DNA of 64,000 nucleotides, taken from assembly GCA_963675495.1 (NCBI GenBank), contig OY776215.1:2432001-2496000 (forward strand). The letters are read 5' to 3'. A program made the translations under genes and the position numbers. This document shows, piece after piece, positions 62,835 through 64,000 of the stretch. The first letter of the stretch is position 1. Each line of letters opens with the position of its first letter. Source of the stretch: an uncultured Methanolobus sp. (lineage in GTDB: Archaea > Halobacteriota > Methanosarcinia > Methanosarcinales > Methanosarcinaceae). The notes under the pieces were generated by a model. That model was not told the origin of the DNA and did not search any database. It saw only the letters and a program-made list of their open reading frames with translations.

Positions 62835-64000
62835 TTAATTAGTTTTTCTTTTGTGTATGACAACTTCACCGGGCATGGTGGTAGTTCCCGGTTCCATTAC
62901 AGTACCGATATTGATACTGGTATTGATGCCAGTGTGAACATCATCTCCCATGATGACTCCAAGTTTTCTGCGACCTGTGTCTACCAGCTCACCTTTCACC
63001 ACTGACCTTATGTTCCTGTTATCATGCCTAAGATTCGCAACCTTGGTACCAGCACCGAAATTACAGGCTGTGCCTATGACACTGTCACCAAGATATGAAA
63101 GGTGTCCTATCTTCGTACCATCCATGATGACGCTGTTCTTGACTTCAACAGCATTGCCAATATGAACATCATTACCAATGGCAGTTGAAGGTCTGATGAA
63201 GCAGTTGGGTCCTATGTCGCAGTTATCACCAATAATTACCGGTCCGACTATGTAAGCACCGTTGCGAATAATAGTGTTCTTGCCAACCCTGACGTTCCCA
63301 TTCAGGGTCGCATAAGGCTCAACAGTTCCATCACGTGTGTTGTCGATATTTTCAAGCAGCACCTTGTTTGCATCCAACATGTCCCATGGTCTTCCAATAT
63401 CTATCCAGTCGCTGGTGAGTATCTCATAACCAACACTGCAGTCATCGTCTATCATCATCTGCAGTGAGTCCGTAATTTCATACTCTCTTCTTTTTGATTT
63501 GCCGGTTTTGTCTATGTAATCAAAAATAACATCGTTAAAAAGATATATGCCGGCATTGGCAAGGTTAGTAGGTGGATTCTTTGGTTTCTCGATAATCCTT
63601 GTGACTTTCTCTTCCTGGGTTTCAATTACGCCGAACTGTGAAGGATCATCCACTTCTTTCACACTGATAATAGCATCCTCTGTTCTGGATATCAGATGGC
63701 TGATATGTTCTGTACTTACAAGCATGTCACCGTTAAGGACAATGAAATGCCCTTCCACATACTCTTTTGCATAGCCGATGGCATTGGCAGTTCCAAGCTG
63801 CTCTTCCTGGTGTACATATTCTACACTGATGCCAAGGTGGCTGCCATCCCTGAAATAATCCATAATTGCATCTTCACGGTATCCGGTAACGATAAGAAAC
63901 TCTTTTATTCCTGCATCCATGGCAGCATTAATTGTATGCTCTATCATGGGTTTGTTTGCTATAGGGAGCATAACCTTTGGTTTGGATACGGTAAGTGGTC
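62835..64000 (-). CDS. glmU: Bifunctional sugar-1-phosphate nucleotidyltransferase/acetyltransferase (5' end beyond window)
   Basis: RPLTVSKPKVMLPIANKP, QLGTA, NGD, hexapeptide repeats, HLSYLGDS. Confidence 0.85.
   Translation of the reverse strand, partial: PLTVSKPKVMLPIANKPMIEHTINAAMDAGIKEFLIVTGYREDAIMDYFRDGSHLGISVEYVHQEEQLGTANAIGYAKEYVEGHFIVLNGDMLVSTEHISHLISRTEDAIISVKEVDDPSQFGVIETQEEKVTRIIEKPKNPPTNLANAGIYLFNDVIFDYIDKTGKSKRREYEITDSLQMMIDDDCSVGYEILTSDWIDIGRPWDMLDANKVLLENIDNTRDGTVEPYATLNGNVRVGKNTIIRNGAYIVGPVIIGDNCDIGPNCFIRPSTAIGNDVHIGNAVEVKNSVIMDGTKIGHLSYLGDSVIGTACNFGAGTKVANLRHDNRNIRSVVKGELVDTGRRKLGVIMGDDVHTGINTSINIGTVMEPGTTTMPGEVVIHKRKTN

Noticed and set aside
4068-63774. Numerous 60-210 aa ORFs overlapping recognised genes on the opposite strand or in another frame
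   Set aside because: They lack motifs and RBS and are explained as shadow ORFs of well-supported genes.
1-64000. CRISPR array or cas genes
   Set aside because: No regularly spaced direct repeats or cas motifs were seen on manual inspection.

Overview
Chromosomal window from a methanogenic archaeon of the Methanosarcinaceae (Methanolobus/Methanococcoides-like). The assignment is inferred from the fpoA-O F420H2:methanophenazine oxidoreductase operon, methanogen-type SerRS, F390 synthetase, MptN, methanogenesis marker 2 and a PEF-CTERM protein. Most of the window is housekeeping: fpo, pyrG, truD, pth2, queC-DUF366-queE-queD, a nifB-like gene, gltX, rps3ae, thiME, serS, panE, udg, pcc1, a DHH nuclease and a glmU-like gene. 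The most interesting part is an AT-rich accessory island (~39.45-48.9 kb) behind tRNA-Thr(GGT). It holds relics that the ORF track misses or captures only in part: a frameshifted C-terminal tyrosine-integrase remnant, a frameshifted Zot/inovirus pI-like ATPase, a degenerate second copy of part of the AAA_14-DUF4143 gene, and a NYN-associated OST-HTH/LOTUS remnant. These are interleaved with intact candidate defence or cargo genes (membrane-anchored PD-(D/E)XK nuclease, orphan membrane protein, NERD-SF1 helicase). Other items include a decayed cheY-like gene, an unlisted 51-aa ferredoxin, a peptide-deformylase-like protein, a REC-PAS-PAS-DUF835/KaiC module, a probable ATC start codon for queC and a long dyad at the thiME promoter. 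All family calls are by manual motif recognition; no database searches were run.
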